NCBI GenBank assembly: GCA_050115495.1
Contig: JASFQK010000024.1
Coordinates: 1 to 64,000 of the forward strand
Direction: 5' to 3'
Source: Phycisphaerae bacterium
Lineage (GTDB): Bacteria > Planctomycetota > Phycisphaerae > UBA1845 > Fen-1342
DNA: 64,000 nucleotides
Under the pieces are notes generated by a model. The model was not told where the DNA came from. It made no database searches and worked only from the letters and a program-made list of their open reading frames with translations. Below are positions 20,386 through 30,375 of the stretch, piece by piece. The translations under genes and the position numbers were made by a program. How positions within the stretch are numbered: position 1 is the stretch's first letter; each line of letters begins with the position of its first letter.

Positions 20386-20977
20386 GGCCGGTATCCTGCG
20401 CCTGCGGTTCGCCCTCGATCTTGCGGACCGGTTCCGCCGGCAGATCCAGTTTCACGCCGCGCAACGCCTCGACCGTGGCCCGCGAACGGAGCGCCTTGAG
20501 GCCGGCGATGGTGGCCTTGACCAGGTTCTTGGGGCTGCACGAACCATATACCTTGGTGAGCACGTCCTTGATGCCGGCCAGCTCGAGCACCGCACGGGGA
20601 GCGGAGCCGGCGATAACGCCCGTACCTTCGGCGGCGGGGATCAGGACGACCCGGCTGGCGCCGAAGCGACCGATGACCCGGTGCGGAATGCTCGTGCCCT
20701 TGAGCGGGACGGGGAACATGTTGCGGCGGGCCTGCTTGACGCCCTTCTCGACAGCCGGCGGCACCTCGTTGGCCTTGCCGTAGCCAAAGCCGACGTTGCC
20801 GCGGCGGTCGCCGACGACCACCAGGGCCCCGAAGGAAAAGCGCCGGCCGCCCTTCACGACGGTGGCACAGCGGTAGAGCTTAACCAGGACGTCGTCCAGG
20901 TTGGAGTCTTCGCCGCCGTCGCTATCCCTGCCTCGGCCTCGGCCGCGGCCTCGCATTGGTCTGGGGCGTGTCGCCAT
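20375..20977 (-). CDS. rpsE: 30S ribosomal protein S5
   Basis: VVKGGRRFSFGALVVVGD, PAAEGTGVIAG. Confidence 0.98.
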   Translation of the reverse strand: MATRPRPMRGRGRGRGRDSDGGEDSNLDDVLVKLYRCATVVKGGRRFSFGALVVVGDRRGNVGFGYGKANEVPPAVEKGVKQARRNMFPVPLKGTSIPHRVIGRFGASRVVLIPAAEGTGVIAGSAPRAVLELAGIKDVLTKVYGSCSPKNLVKATIAGLKALRSRATVEALRGVKLDLPAEPVRKIEGEPQAQDTGHDD

Positions 20978-20997
20978 AAGCCTCTCGCCTCGAATAG

Positions 20998-21366
20998 CTA
21001 GAACTTAAGGCCGGCTTCCCGGGCGGCCTCAGCCAGGGCCCGGATGCGGCCGTGATACAGCAGTCCCCGCCGGTCAAAACAGACGGTCTCGATGCCCAGC
21101 TCCCTGGCCCGCTGAGCGAGGGCCTTGCCGACGATCGTCGCGGCGGCGCGGTTGCCACCGTAGGGCAGCTCCTTGCGCAGCGCTTCAGACTGCGACGAAA
21201 TGGCGCAGACCGTGCGGCCGGTCGTATCGTCGATGATCTGGGCCGCAATGTTGCGGTGCGAGCGCCAGATGGCCAGCCGCGGACGCTCGGGCGTACCGCT
21301 GATCCGCTTGCGGACGCGGCGAACGCGGCGCCGCAGCCGGATTGCTTTCAAGTTGACGGAGTTCAT
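20998..21366 (-). CDS. rplR: 50S ribosomal protein L18
   Basis: RPRL...RS, AQIIDD, FDR...YHGR...AREAGLKF. Confidence 0.97.
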   Translation of the reverse strand: MNSVNLKAIRLRRRVRRVRKRISGTPERPRLAIWRSHRNIAAQIIDDTTGRTVCAISSQSEALRKELPYGGNRAAATIVGKALAQRARELGIETVCFDRRGLLYHGRIRALAEAAREAGLKF

Positions 21367-21393
21367 GCGTAATACCTCACGCCTTGCCGACTA

Positions 21394-21987
21394 TTAGCCG
21401 CCGCCGCCGGCGAAGACCTTGCCGGCCTTGCGCTGAATGTGCTCGCCGGCGTAGCGGATGCCCTTGCCCTTGTACGGTTCGGGCTTGCGAATCTTGCGGA
21501 TCTCAGCGGCGAACTGGCCGACCTGCTGCTTGTCGGGGCCGCTCACCGTGAACTTGGCCGGCTCGTTGTCGCCACGGGCCGCCTGGACGGCGACCTCGAT
21601 CTCGATACCGGCGGGAACGGGGATCTCGTACTGGGCCTTGCGGCCGACGCCGCGGCCCATGTAGCCGACGTTCAGCAGGAGGGAGCGACCCTCCATCTTG
21701 CAGCTATAGCCGGTACCGTAGACTTCCAGGCCGATCGCATAGCCCTGGGAAACGCCGTGGACCATGTTGGCGATGAGGGCGCGGGACAGGCCATGGAGGG
21801 CCCGGGAGCGCTTCTCGTCGTCCGGTCGCCGGCAGATGACTTCCTGGTTCTCGACAGCGACGGTAATGGGGGCCGGGGCGGTCCAGCTCAGCTTGCCCTT
21901 GGGGCCGGAGACATGGACATCCTGGCCGGTGACGTTGACAGTCACGCCGCCGGGAACAGGGATCGCTTTTTTGCCAATCCGCGACAT
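21394..21987 (-). CDS. rplF: 50S ribosomal protein L6
   Basis: MSRIGK, GPKGKL, RKPEPYKGKGIRY. Confidence 0.98.
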   Translation of the reverse strand: MSRIGKKAIPVPGGVTVNVTGQDVHVSGPKGKLSWTAPAPITVAVENQEVICRRPDDEKRSRALHGLSRALIANMVHGVSQGYAIGLEVYGTGYSCKMEGRSLLLNVGYMGRGVGRKAQYEIPVPAGIEIEVAVQAARGDNEPAKFTVSGPDKQQVGQFAAEIRKIRKPEPYKGKGIRYAGEHIQRKAGKVFAGGGG

Positions 21988-21991
21988 GGGT

Positions 21992-22390
21992 TCACCACAC
22001 TGTGCACAACAATTCGCCGCCGACTTTCTGCTGGCGGCACTGACGGTCGCTCAAAACGCCACGGCTGGTGGAAACGATAGCGATGCCGAGGCCGTCGAGG
22101 ACACGAGGCATCTCGTCCACGCCGCGGTAGACGCGGCGGCCGGGGCGGCTGGCGCGGTCGAGCTTCTGGATGACGCGTTCGCCGCGTTCGCCGTATTTAA
22201 GGTCGATCTCGATGACGCCCTGGGTGGCGTCGTCGATCGACATGAAGTCGGTGATGTAGCCTTCGTCTTTGAGGACGCGGGCCACGCCCAGGCACACCTT
22301 GCTGCGTTTCACGCGCACGCGGCGCTTGCCGATCGTGTTGGCGTTGCGGATTCGCGTGAGCATGTCGGCAATCGGATCAGAAATCGCCAT
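21992..22390 (-). CDS. rpsH: 30S ribosomal protein S8
   Basis: [32 protein letters not shown]. Confidence 0.98.
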   Translation of the reverse strand: MAISDPIADMLTRIRNANTIGKRRVRVKRSKVCLGVARVLKDEGYITDFMSIDDATQGVIEIDLKYGERGERVIQKLDRASRPGRRVYRGVDEMPRVLDGLGIAIVSTSRGVLSDRQCRQQKVGGELLCTVW

Positions 22391-22399
22391 GGGCCGTCC

Positions 22400-22585
22400 T
22401 CACCAGCTCGCCTTGCGCACACCCGGGATCCGTCCTTCGCCGGCCAGCTTGCGGAAGCAAAGGCGGCAGATGCGGAACTTGCGGTACACGGCCCGCGACC
22501 GGCCGCACAACTCGCAGCGCGTGTAGGCGCGGACGCGGTACTTGGGCGTCCTCTTGGCTTTTAACTTCAGTCCCAGTCTGGCCAT
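22400..22585 (-). CDS. rpsZ: 30S ribosomal protein S14, type Z (Zn-binding)
   Basis: 61 aa; RCELCGR...ICRLCFR...PGVRKASW. Confidence 0.96.
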   Translation of the reverse strand: MARLGLKLKAKRTPKYRVRAYTRCELCGRSRAVYRKFRICRLCFRKLAGEGRIPGVRKASW

Positions 22586-22592
22586 CGTGCTG

Positions 22593-23153
22593 TTAACTCC
22601 TGAACGGCATGCCGAGCTTGGTGAGCAGCATCCGGGCCTCGGCGTCGTTCCGCGCGGTCGTGCAGATGGTAATGTTCATACCCTGCTGAAACGTGACCTT
22701 GTCCGGGTTGATCTCGGGGAACACGCCGCACTCGGTCAGGCCCATGTTGTAGTTGCCGTGGCCGTCGAAGCCGCCCGGATCGAGCCCGCGGAAGTCGCGG
22801 ACACGGGGAATGGCCAGGGCGACGAGGCGGTCGAAGAACTCGTACATGCGGCGGCCGCGAAGCGTCACCTTCAGGCCGGCGCTCCAGCCCTCGCGGACCT
22901 TGAACTGCGAAACGCTCTTGCGGGCCTTGGTGACCTGCGGCTTCTGGCCGGTGATGGTCGCCAGATGCGTCTGCGCTTCGACGAAGCGGCGATTCTCGTG
23001 GGCCTTGTTGCCGCTCTCCTGGATGGCCTTGCCCAGGCCCATGGAGACGACCACCTTGTCCAGCTTCGGCAGGCTGAGGACGTTCTTGCGTCCCAGGTCC
23101 TGCTGCAAACCGGACACGACCTCCTGGCGATACTTTTCCAGCAGACGTGTCAT
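22593..23153 (-). CDS. rplE: 50S ribosomal protein L5
   Basis: [26 protein letters not shown]. Confidence 0.98.
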   Translation of the reverse strand: MTRLLEKYRQEVVSGLQQDLGRKNVLSLPKLDKVVVSMGLGKAIQESGNKAHENRRFVEAQTHLATITGQKPQVTKARKSVSQFKVREGWSAGLKVTLRGRRMYEFFDRLVALAIPRVRDFRGLDPGGFDGHGNYNMGLTECGVFPEINPDKVTFQQGMNITICTTARNDAEARMLLTKLGMPFRS

Positions 23154-23524
23154 CAGCGCTGCCCAGCCTTCATCTCATCGGTGCCCCGCGTCACGTCGCT
23201 GAGCACGGTGCCGCTCGTGCTGACGCGCTGCTTGGCGACGCGCTCACCGGCGGCCGGATGCTTCAGCGTGAAGCGCACCCGCGTGCGCTTGCCCGTGCGC
23301 GGATCCAGCGGCATGACGTTTGACAGGTGAATGGGGGCCTCCTTCTGGATACGGCCGCCCTGAGGGTGCTGCCGGCTCTTGCGAACGTGCCGGTAGACCA
23401 TGTTCACGCCTTCGACAACGACCCGCTGGTGCTCGATGTCGATGCGCAACACTTTGCCGCGGGCGCCCTTGTGGGCCCCGGCGATCACCTCGACGATGTC
23501 ATCACGGCGAACGCGAGCCGCCAT
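23153..23524 (-). CDS. rplX: 50S ribosomal protein L24
   Basis: KOW motif, VVVEGVN, EAPIHLSNV; start re-called at ATG 23524. Confidence 0.95.
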   Translation of the reverse strand: MAARVRRDDIVEVIAGAHKGARGKVLRIDIEHQRVVVEGVNMVYRHVRKSRQHPQGGRIQKEAPIHLSNVMPLDPRTGKRTRVRFTLKHPAAGERVAKQRVSTSGTVLSDVTRGTDEMKAGQR

Positions 23525-23526
23525 GG

Positions 23527-23916
23527 CTACCACACCTCCTCGGCCAGCGAGATGATCTTGCCGAAGTTCTTCTCGCGCAGCTCGCGGGCGACGGCGCCGA
23601 AGACGCGCGTGCCCTTGGGATTGCCGTCGTTGTCGATGATCACGGCGGCGTTAGAGTCAAAGCGGACGTACGTGCCGTCGTGACGACGGGTCGGATACTT
23701 GGTGCGGACGATGACGACGCGGACCTTGTCGCCCTTGTTCAGGTCGGAGGACGGCAGCGCGGCCCGCACGGAGCAGATGGCGATGTCGCCGACCCCGCCG
23801 GTGCGCAGGCGCCGCTTGCCCTGCCCGGAGGCGCCACCCTTGAGGACCTGGATGCACTGGAGGTCCTTGGCGCCCGTGTTGTCGGCCACGTCCAGATGCG
23901 TGTACTGGGTGATCAT
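23527..23916 (-). CDS. rplN: 50S ribosomal protein L14
   Basis: [29 protein letters not shown]; start at MITQYT (23916). Confidence 0.97.
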   Translation of the reverse strand: MITQYTHLDVADNTGAKDLQCIQVLKGGASGQGKRRLRTGGVGDIAICSVRAALPSSDLNKGDKVRVVIVRTKYPTRRHDGTYVRFDSNAAVIIDNDGNPKGTRVFGAVARELREKNFGKIISLAEEVW

Positions 23917-24233
23917 CGGCCGGCCCCCTTCGTGGCGGTCGGGCCTTTCTCCAGTATGCGGACCAGGCGCCAGTGCTTGGTCTTGCTGAGCGGGCGGCAC
24001 TCGACCACCTCGACCACGTCACCCAGCTCCGCCTCGTTGCGCTCGTCATGCGCGTGCAGCACGATGCGGCGGCGGACGTACTTTCCATACTTCGGGTGGC
24101 GAACCTTGTACGTGAACGTCACCCGGATCGTCTTGTCGCGCACGGCCGAGGTGACGGTGCCGACGCGCGCGGGCCTTTGACGGCGAACACGCGGGGGCGT
24201 CACGACGGCCTGTCCTGGTCCTGCTGTTTCCAT
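23913..24233 (-). CDS. rpsQ: 30S ribosomal protein S17
   Basis: [25 protein letters not shown]. Confidence 0.96.
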   Translation of the reverse strand: METAGPGQAVVTPPRVRRQRPARVGTVTSAVRDKTIRVTFTYKVRHPKYGKYVRRRIVLHAHDERNEAELGDVVEVVECRPLSKTKHWRLVRILEKGPTATKGAGR

Positions 24234-24278
24234 GCGAGCGATCCGATATTCTGGCTCAATAACCCTGTCTTCTCTCGG

Positions 24279-24521
24279 TTACTTGCGGGCGGCCTGCGCC
24301 GTGAGGCGCGCCTGCCGCTGCTCGATGTTCGTTTCCCCGCGCTGCCGCAGAATGGTCAGAATGCGGGCGATCGTCTTCCTGGCCTTGCCCAACTGCGTGG
24401 GATCCTCGAGCTTCTCGGTGACCGCCTGGGCCCGCAGGTCGAACAGGTGCCGCCGCAGGCGCTCGAGCTCGGTGTGCAGCTCGTCGGTCTTCATGGCGCG
24501 AATGGCTTCAAGCTTGAGCAT
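24279..24521 (-). CDS. rpmC: 50S ribosomal protein L29
   Basis: LFDLR...ARKTIARILT; operon position. Confidence 0.94.
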   Translation of the reverse strand: MLKLEAIRAMKTDELHTELERLRRHLFDLRAQAVTEKLEDPTQLGKARKTIARILTILRQRGETNIEQRQARLTAQAARK

Positions 24522-24533
24522 GTGCGCCGCCTC

Positions 24534-24956
24534 CTACACGCTGTGCCGCCGGACGACGAAGCGCGTCCGCACGGGCATCTTGTGGGCCACTCGCAGCAGG
24601 GCCGTCTTGGCGACGTCCTCACTGACCCCGCCGATCTCGTACATCACCGTGCCGGGCTTGACCAGCGCCGTCCAGATCTCCACCTCACCCTTGCCCTTAC
24701 CCATGCGAACCTCGAGGGGCTTCGACGAGATCGGCGTGTGGGGGAAGATGCGGATGTAGACGCGGCCCTCACGTTGGAGGAAGTGCGTCGCGGCCACACG
24801 ACCGGCCTCGATATGCCGCGAGGTGATCCGGCCGGGCTCGAGCGACTGCAATCCGAAATCGCCGTAAGAGACCTTGTTGCCGCGCGTGGCGTTGCCGCGC
24901 ACGCGGGCCTTCTGGGCCTTACGGAACTTGACGCGTTTGGGCATGTTGGCCGGCAT
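24534..24956 (-). CDS. rplP: 50S ribosomal protein L16
   Basis: PKRVKFRK, RIFP, VRMGKGKG. Confidence 0.98.
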   Translation of the reverse strand: MPANMPKRVKFRKAQKARVRGNATRGNKVSYGDFGLQSLEPGRITSRHIEAGRVAATHFLQREGRVYIRIFPHTPISSKPLEVRMGKGKGEVEIWTALVKPGTVMYEIGGVSEDVAKTALLRVAHKMPVRTRFVVRRHSV

Positions 24957-24980
24957 GGCCTGCTACTCCTCTTGCCGCCT

Positions 24981-25670
24981 CTAGCGGCGTGCCCGACGAC
25001 GGAAACGGCCGTCCGCCGCCTCGGCCGGCTGCTCACCATAGGCGCCGCGATACACCCATACCTTGATGCCGATGGCACCCACCTTGGTCACGGCCACCGA
25101 GATGGCGTAGTCGACCTCGGCCTGCAGCGTCTGCAGGGGGATCGAACCCAGCATCTGCGTTTCGACGCGGGCCATCTCGGCGTTGCCCAACCGCCCGGAG
25201 CAGATGATCTTGATGCCCTTGGCCCCGGCGGTCATGGCCGCCTCGCACTTCTGCTTCATCACGCGGCGGAAGCTGGTGCGCTTCTTGAGCTGCTCGGCGA
25301 TGTTCTGGCCGACGAGGCGGGCGTCGATGTCGGGGTTCTTGATCTCGACGATGTTGACGGACACGCGACGGTCGATGAGGTCCTCAAGGCGCTCCTTGAG
25401 CTTGTCGACCTCGGCACCCTTGGCCCCGATGACCACGCCGGGCCGGGCCGTGTGCAGGATGACCTTGACCTCGTCGCGGGTGCGTTCGATCTCGACCTTC
25501 GAGACGCCGGCGAAGGGCGGGCGCTCGTTGAGGTTCTTCTCGATGAAGCGGCGGATGCCTTCGTCCTCGACGAGGAAGGCGCCGAAGGCCGCCTTGGGGG
25601 CGTACCAGCGCGACTTCCAGCCTTCGGTGACACCGACGCGGAACCCGATTGGATTGACCTTCTGACCCAC
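24981..25670 (-). CDS. rpsC: 30S ribosomal protein S3
   Basis: GTG start at 25670 (MGQKVNPIGFR), RPGVVIG, SGRLGNAEMAR. Confidence 0.97.
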   Translation of the reverse strand: MGQKVNPIGFRVGVTEGWKSRWYAPKAAFGAFLVEDEGIRRFIEKNLNERPPFAGVSKVEIERTRDEVKVILHTARPGVVIGAKGAEVDKLKERLEDLIDRRVSVNIVEIKNPDIDARLVGQNIAEQLKKRTSFRRVMKQKCEAAMTAGAKGIKIICSGRLGNAEMARVETQMLGSIPLQTLQAEVDYAISVAVTKVGAIGIKVWVYRGAYGEQPAEAADGRFRRRARR

Positions 25671-25674
25671 GGTG

Positions 25675-26007
25675 TTAACCCTTCTCGTCCACGGCCACGA
25701 TGATGTGCGACGTCCGCTTGAAGATGGCATGCGCCCGGCCGCGATCCTTGGGATGCCAGCGCTTGATGATGGGGCCGGCGTCGACGCGCGCCTCGGAGAC
25801 GAAGAGCTTGCTCATAGTCGCCTCGCGCTCGTTGGCGCTGGCCATGGCCGAACGCAGGACCTTGTCCACCATGCGCGCGGCCCGCTTGTGCGTGAAGCGC
25901 AGCAACTCGAGGGCCTCGTCGCAGCGACGGCCACGAATGAGGTCGACGACCAGCCGCGCCTTGCGTTCGGCGATTCGGGCAAAGCGGTGCTTGGCGGTCC
26001 AGGCCAT
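25675..26007 (-). CDS. rplV: 50S ribosomal protein L22
   Basis: KARLVVDLIRG, RGRA...KRTSHI. Confidence 0.97.
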   Translation of the reverse strand: MAWTAKHRFARIAERKARLVVDLIRGRRCDEALELLRFTHKRAARMVDKVLRSAMASANEREATMSKLFVSEARVDAGPIIKRWHPKDRGRAHAIFKRTSHIIVAVDEKG

Positions 26008-26025
26008 GACTTCCGTACTCCTTCG

Positions 26026-26298
26026 TTACTTCGCCGCGCCCCGGGCGGTATGGGCCCGGAACGTTCGCGTCGGGGCGAACTCGCCCAGCTTGTGGCCGAC
26101 CATGTCTTCCGTCACGAACACTTTCAGGAAGTGCCGGCCGTTGTAGACCTCAAACGTAAGGCCGATGAACTCCGGGACGATGGTGCAGGCCCGGTTGAAG
26201 GCCTTGATGGGCACGCTGCTGCCCGCGGCGCGCGCCGACATCGCCTTGTGGAAAAGGTTCTCGTCTACGTACGGGCCTTTCTTCGAGCTACGGGCCAT
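26026..26298 (-). CDS. rpsS: 30S ribosomal protein S19
   Basis: [24 protein letters not shown]; start at 26298. Confidence 0.97.
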   Translation of the reverse strand: MARSSKKGPYVDENLFHKAMSARAAGSSVPIKAFNRACTIVPEFIGLTFEVYNGRHFLKVFVTEDMVGHKLGEFAPTRTFRAHTARGAAK

Positions 26299-26318
26299 CG
26301 GACATCCTCGTGCGGCGA

Positions 26319-27191
26319 TTACCACTTCCGCCGGAGTTTCGCCTCACCATATGACTTCGTAATACGGCGGCGCAGGATGCGCCGGTTGGAACGGGCCCGG
26401 GGGCTGCGGGTGCGGCCGCCCTTGGCCAGCTTGCCCCAGGGCGAGCAGGGGTGACGACCGCCGTTGCTGCGGCCTTCGCCGCCGCCCAGCGGGTGGGCGA
26501 CCGGGTTCATGGCCTTGCCGCGAACGTGCGGTCGGCGACCCAGGAAACGGGACTTGCCGGCCTTGCCCAGGCTGACGTTCTGGTGGTCCAGGTTGCCCAA
26601 CTGGCCGATGGTCGCCCGGCACTCGACGCGCACCTGGCGCATTTCGCCGGAAGGCAACTGGATGGTCGCCCAGGTGCCCTCGCGGGCGAGCAGGCGGGCC
26701 ATACCGCCGGCACTGCGGACGAGCTTGCCGCCCTGGCCGGCAGACAATTCGATATTGTGCACGTGCATGCCGAGGGGGATCGAGGAGAGGGGCATGCAGT
26801 TGCCGATCTTGGGCTCGACCCGGTGGCCGCTTTCGACCTCGTCGCCGGCCTTCAGGCCGAGCGGGGCGAGGATGTACCGCTTCTCACCGGTCTTGTACTC
26901 GATGAGGGCGATGTGGCAGGTGCGGTTGGGGTCGTACTGGATCTCGAGCACCTGGCCGGGGACGTCATCGAGACGGCGCTTGAAGTCGATGATGCGGTAG
27001 AGGCGTTTGTTGCCGCCGCCGCGGAAGCGCGAGGTGATGACGCCGTGATGGTTGCGGCCGCCGCTGCGCTTGAGGCGCTGGACCAGCGACTTCACCGGCC
27101 GGTTCTGATGGCGGTGCGTAATCTCGCTGTAGTCGTTGACGCTGGCGTTGCGCCGCCCGGGGGAAGTCTTTTTGTAAATCTTGACGCCCAT
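26319..27191 (-). CDS. rplB: 50S ribosomal protein L2
   Basis: [23 protein letters not shown]. Confidence 0.98.
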   Translation of the reverse strand: MGVKIYKKTSPGRRNASVNDYSEITHRHQNRPVKSLVQRLKRSGGRNHHGVITSRFRGGGNKRLYRIIDFKRRLDDVPGQVLEIQYDPNRTCHIALIEYKTGEKRYILAPLGLKAGDEVESGHRVEPKIGNCMPLSSIPLGMHVHNIELSAGQGGKLVRSAGGMARLLAREGTWATIQLPSGEMRQVRVECRATIGQLGNLDHQNVSLGKAGKSRFLGRRPHVRGKAMNPVAHPLGGGEGRSNGGRHPCSPWGKLAKGGRTRSPRARSNRRILRRRITKSYGEAKLRRKW

Positions 27192-27215
27192 GGCTTTCCC
27201 TCGTCTGCGCCTCCG

Positions 27216-27509
27216 CTAGAACAAGTCGATGTGGCTGTCGTGGTCGACGGTCACAATCGCCTTCTTGATCTGTCGTGTGCGGCCGAACTTCCACCGGTAG
27301 CGGCGGAGCTTGCCGGGCCGGTTCGAGGTGCGCACGTCCAGGACCTTGACGCCGTAGATCTTCTCGACGGCATCGCGGATCTGGGCCTTGTTGGCGTCGG
27401 CGTGGACCTCGAAGCTGTAGGTGCCGCCGCGCTCCTTGGTGGACTGGCGCGCCTGGAACGAGCTCTTTTCCGTAACGAGCGGCCGGATGATGGTGTGGTA
27501 TACGTCCAT
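27216..27509 (-). CDS. rplW: 50S ribosomal protein L23
   Basis: PLVTEKS, ANKAQIRDAVE, KKAIV. Confidence 0.96.
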   Translation of the reverse strand: MDVYHTIIRPLVTEKSSFQARQSTKERGGTYSFEVHADANKAQIRDAVEKIYGVKVLDVRTSNRPGKLRRYRWKFGRTRQIKKAIVTVDHDSHIDLF

Positions 27510-27512
27510 GGA

Positions 27513-28157
27513 TCAGCTCCCCCGCTCCGACCGGACGGCCTGCTCGCGAAAGGCGGCGAAGGCCTCGCGGGTGAAGATGAGCTTGCGCCGCGACAGGATG
27601 TCGAAGGCGTTCAGCTCGGCCACGTCGCGAATCTCGGTCCGCGGGATGTTGCGGCCGCTCTTGTACATAATGGGATCGATGCCGGCCGTGGCCAGGACGC
27701 AACCGCGCTCCGCATGGATCTTGCCCAACAGCGAGGCCAGGCGAGCGGTCTTTGGCGCGTCGAGCTTGAACCCGTCGACGATCATGGCGTCTTCGCTCTG
27801 GATCTTGGCCAGCACGGCGTGGTTGCGAGCCAGGCGGCGCATCTTCCGCGGCATGTCCTGACGGTAGTCGCGGAGCTGCTTGGCGAACGCCATGCCGCCG
27901 CCGCGACGAACGCAGGTGCGGACGTTGCCCATGCGGGCCCGGCCGGTGCCCTTCTGGCGGTAGATCTTGCGGGTCGAGCCTTCCACATCGCTGCGGCTCT
28001 TCGTCACCACCGTGCCCTGGCGACGGTTGGCGTGGTAGCGGACCACGGCCTGCTTGAGCAGTGCGGCGTTGGGGGTGCCGCCGAGGACGGATTCCTCGAT
28101 CTGCTCGGTGCCGACCTGCTGGCCGCCTTCGTTATAGACCGGTACGTTCAACATCAC
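27513..28157 (-). CDS. rplD: 50S ribosomal protein L4
   Basis: RQGT..TKSRS, RQKGTGRAR, GGG. Confidence 0.97.
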   Translation of the reverse strand: MMLNVPVYNEGGQQVGTEQIEESVLGGTPNAALLKQAVVRYHANRRQGTVVTKSRSDVEGSTRKIYRQKGTGRARMGNVRTCVRRGGGMAFAKQLRDYRQDMPRKMRRLARNHAVLAKIQSEDAMIVDGFKLDAPKTARLASLLGKIHAERGCVLATAGIDPIMYKSGRNIPRTEIRDVAELNAFDILSRRKLIFTREAFAAFREQAVRSERGS

Positions 28158-28168
28158 TTGTGCTCCCG

Positions 28169-28825
28169 CTACGAGCGGGTCTTGGATTTCCGCACCATGA
28201 CAAAACCGCCGTTGGGACCAGGGATGCTGCCCCGGATCAACAGCACGTTGTTCTCGGCGTCGACGCCGACGAGCGACTGGTTGCGCATCGTCTGGCGGAC
28301 GTGGCCCATGTGACCGGCCATGTGCCGGCCCTTCTTGCCAGCGCCGCTGGTACCGCGGTTCTGGCAGCGGCTGGCGATGCTGCCCGGCGAGCGGTGCTTG
28401 CGCTCGGTGCCGTGCGAGGCCGACTGCCCGCCGAAACCCCAGCGCTTCATGCCGCCCTGCGTGCCCTTGCCCTTGGTGATGCCGGTGACGTCGACATACT
28501 TGACGTCGGCCTGGGCAAAGACCTCGACGGTGATGGTGTCGCCGATCTCGTGATCGGCGGCCTCGCCGAGGCGCACCTCGCGAATGCAGGCCTTGGGGGC
28601 CGTCTGGGCCTTGCGGGCATGACCGATCTGCGGCAGCGTGCTGCGGTGCGGCTTGACGTCGCCGAAACCGATCTGAACGCTGTCGTAGCCGTCGGGCCCG
28701 TCGGCCCGCTTGACCTGGAGAACGATGCAGGGACCGGCCTCGACGATCGTCACGGGGACGCGCACGCCCGAGGGGTCGAACACCTGCGTCATTCCGATTT
28801 TCTTACCGATGATGGCCGGGATCAT
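28169..28825 (-). CDS. rplC: 50S ribosomal protein L3
   Basis: GKKIGMTQ, KGKGTQG, MAGHMG, GSIPG; start at MIPAII (28825). Confidence 0.97.
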   Translation of the reverse strand: MIPAIIGKKIGMTQVFDPSGVRVPVTIVEAGPCIVLQVKRADGPDGYDSVQIGFGDVKPHRSTLPQIGHARKAQTAPKACIREVRLGEAADHEIGDTITVEVFAQADVKYVDVTGITKGKGTQGGMKRWGFGGQSASHGTERKHRSPGSIASRCQNRGTSGAGKKGRHMAGHMGHVRQTMRNQSLVGVDAENNVLLIRGSIPGPNGGFVMVRKSKTRS

Positions 28826-28906
28826 ACCTCGGCACTCCTGCCGCAGGACGAAGCGATATCGCTTCGCCCGCCACACCAATAACCAACGAAGCCGGCGCGG
28901 AGCCGG

Positions 28907-29215
28907 CTACGCCTTGATCTTGACAAACACGCCCGCGGGAACCACCAGGCGGTTGAGCGCCTCAACCGTGCGAGAGGTTGGCTCGAAAATATCGATCACC
29001 CGCTTGTGGGTGCGCATCTCGAACTGTTCGCGAGATTTCTTGTCAATGTGCGGTGAGCGCAACACTGTGTAACGCTCGATCCGCGTAGGCAGCGGCACCG
29101 GTCCGCACACGCGAGCACTGGTGCGCTTCGCCTGGTCCACGATCTCCAGGGCCGACGCATCGAGTGCTCGATGGTCGTACGCCTCCATCCGAATGCGTAT
29201 GCGTTCTCCGGCCAT
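28907..29215 (-). CDS. rpsJ: 30S ribosomal protein S10
   Basis: [29 protein letters not shown]; start at 29215. Confidence 0.98.
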   Translation of the reverse strand: MAGERIRIRMEAYDHRALDASALEIVDQAKRTSARVCGPVPLPTRIERYTVLRSPHIDKKSREQFEMRTHKRVIDIFEPTSRTVEALNRLVVPAGVFVKIKA

Positions 29216-29281
29216 ACCGCTGATGTCCGTCCGTTCCGTAGGGGTTCGCGCTGGCTCCGGCCAAGCGCGCCGAGACATGCC

Positions 29282-29309
29282 AAGATAACGTAACCCCCAC
29301 ATTCGTCAA
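29282..29309 (-). promoter_or_regulatory. Putative sigma-70 promoter of the S10 operon
   Basis: TTGACG-N16-TATCTT about 65 nt upstream of rpsJ. Confidence 0.55.
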
Positions 29310-29385
29310 GGGCCGCCCCACAAAAACGCGCTTCACGCCTCGTAATAGCGGTCGAGGCACGCAGCGAACGCCGTTTTCGACGCTG

Positions 29386-30294
29386 TCACGGCCCGGGAAC
29401 GATCACGTAGACGTACGACACGCGCCGGGGGTCGCCGAGCAGTTCGACGGATAGGTTGTAGTGCAGAGCCGACTCGGGCAATCGCTCGGAACCCGTTATC
29501 CGGCCGATACTTAGAGCCGTCGGTAGCTCCATCGACGCCGGCACGAGCACGAGGTCGAAGCCCAGGCTGCGATAGTCGGCGTCGGCCCGCGTGATCTCCA
29601 TCCGCCCGTGACCGCGTCCGGACAGGACGTAACGGGCCGCCGTGGTCTGCCAGCCGCCGTCTTCGCCGATGCGAGCGAGGCTGACGGGCTCTCCGGCCTG
29701 GGGTGCGCCGAACTGCGGATCGGTGGCCAGCAGCACGCGGCTGACGCGCGTATGCACCTCGGTTACACGGCCGACAAGCCATTGTTCGAGGAGGAGTTGG
29801 CGACCCGTCCGTTCTGGATTGCGCTCGGCCGCAGGCGTCCCCGCCGCCACCCACAGTCCCTCACGCACGCCACTGAGCGAGCCGCGGCCAATCAGCAGGG
29901 TTTCCCGCCGGGGAGAGGCGTCGTAGCCGAGCACGGGAGCGATGACGATTTGCCCGCCGAGTTCGCCCAACTGGCCGCGCAGGCCGGAGACCTCATCGAA
30001 ACGGGTTTCGAGGTCGGCCAGCCAGGCTTCCTGGCCGGCGACGAGGCGCTCCAAACGAGCATTTTCCTCGATAAGTCGCGAGAATTCTGCGGCCGACGGG
30101 ATCGGACCCGGGTCAGCGGCGTCGGCGACGTAGCGACCGGTGCCGCTCACGGCCCACTGCGGCAGCCCGACGAGCTGCACGAGCCCGCGGACCCAGCTCG
30201 TCCACGCCACCGGCAGCAAAGCCATCACCGCGGCGAGGACCATGAGAATCAGAAACGTGTGCGACTTGGAACGCATGCGCGGGCGTGGGCTCAT
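29386..30294 (-). CDS. mreC: Rod shape-determining protein MreC (divergent)
   Basis: N-terminal TM, coiled coil (LIEENARLERL), LLIGRGSLSGVREG, LVGRVTEV...SRVLL; follows mreB. Confidence 0.8.
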   Translation of the reverse strand: MSPRPRMRSKSHTFLILMVLAAVMALLPVAWTSWVRGLVQLVGLPQWAVSGTGRYVADAADPGPIPSAAEFSRLIEENARLERLVAGQEAWLADLETRFDEVSGLRGQLGELGGQIVIAPVLGYDASPRRETLLIGRGSLSGVREGLWVAAGTPAAERNPERTGRQLLLEQWLVGRVTEVHTRVSRVLLATDPQFGAPQAGEPVSLARIGEDGGWQTTAARYVLSGRGHGRMEITRADADYRSLGFDLVLVPASMELPTALSIGRITGSERLPESALHYNLSVELLGDPRRVSYVYVIVPGP

Positions 30295-30375
30295 AGGAGA
30301 TTCGCGGCGGCCCGGTTCGCGGCGGGCGGAGACAGCCGGCCGCCGAACGCGGCAGCCGGCGCGGTGCGCCCGGGC

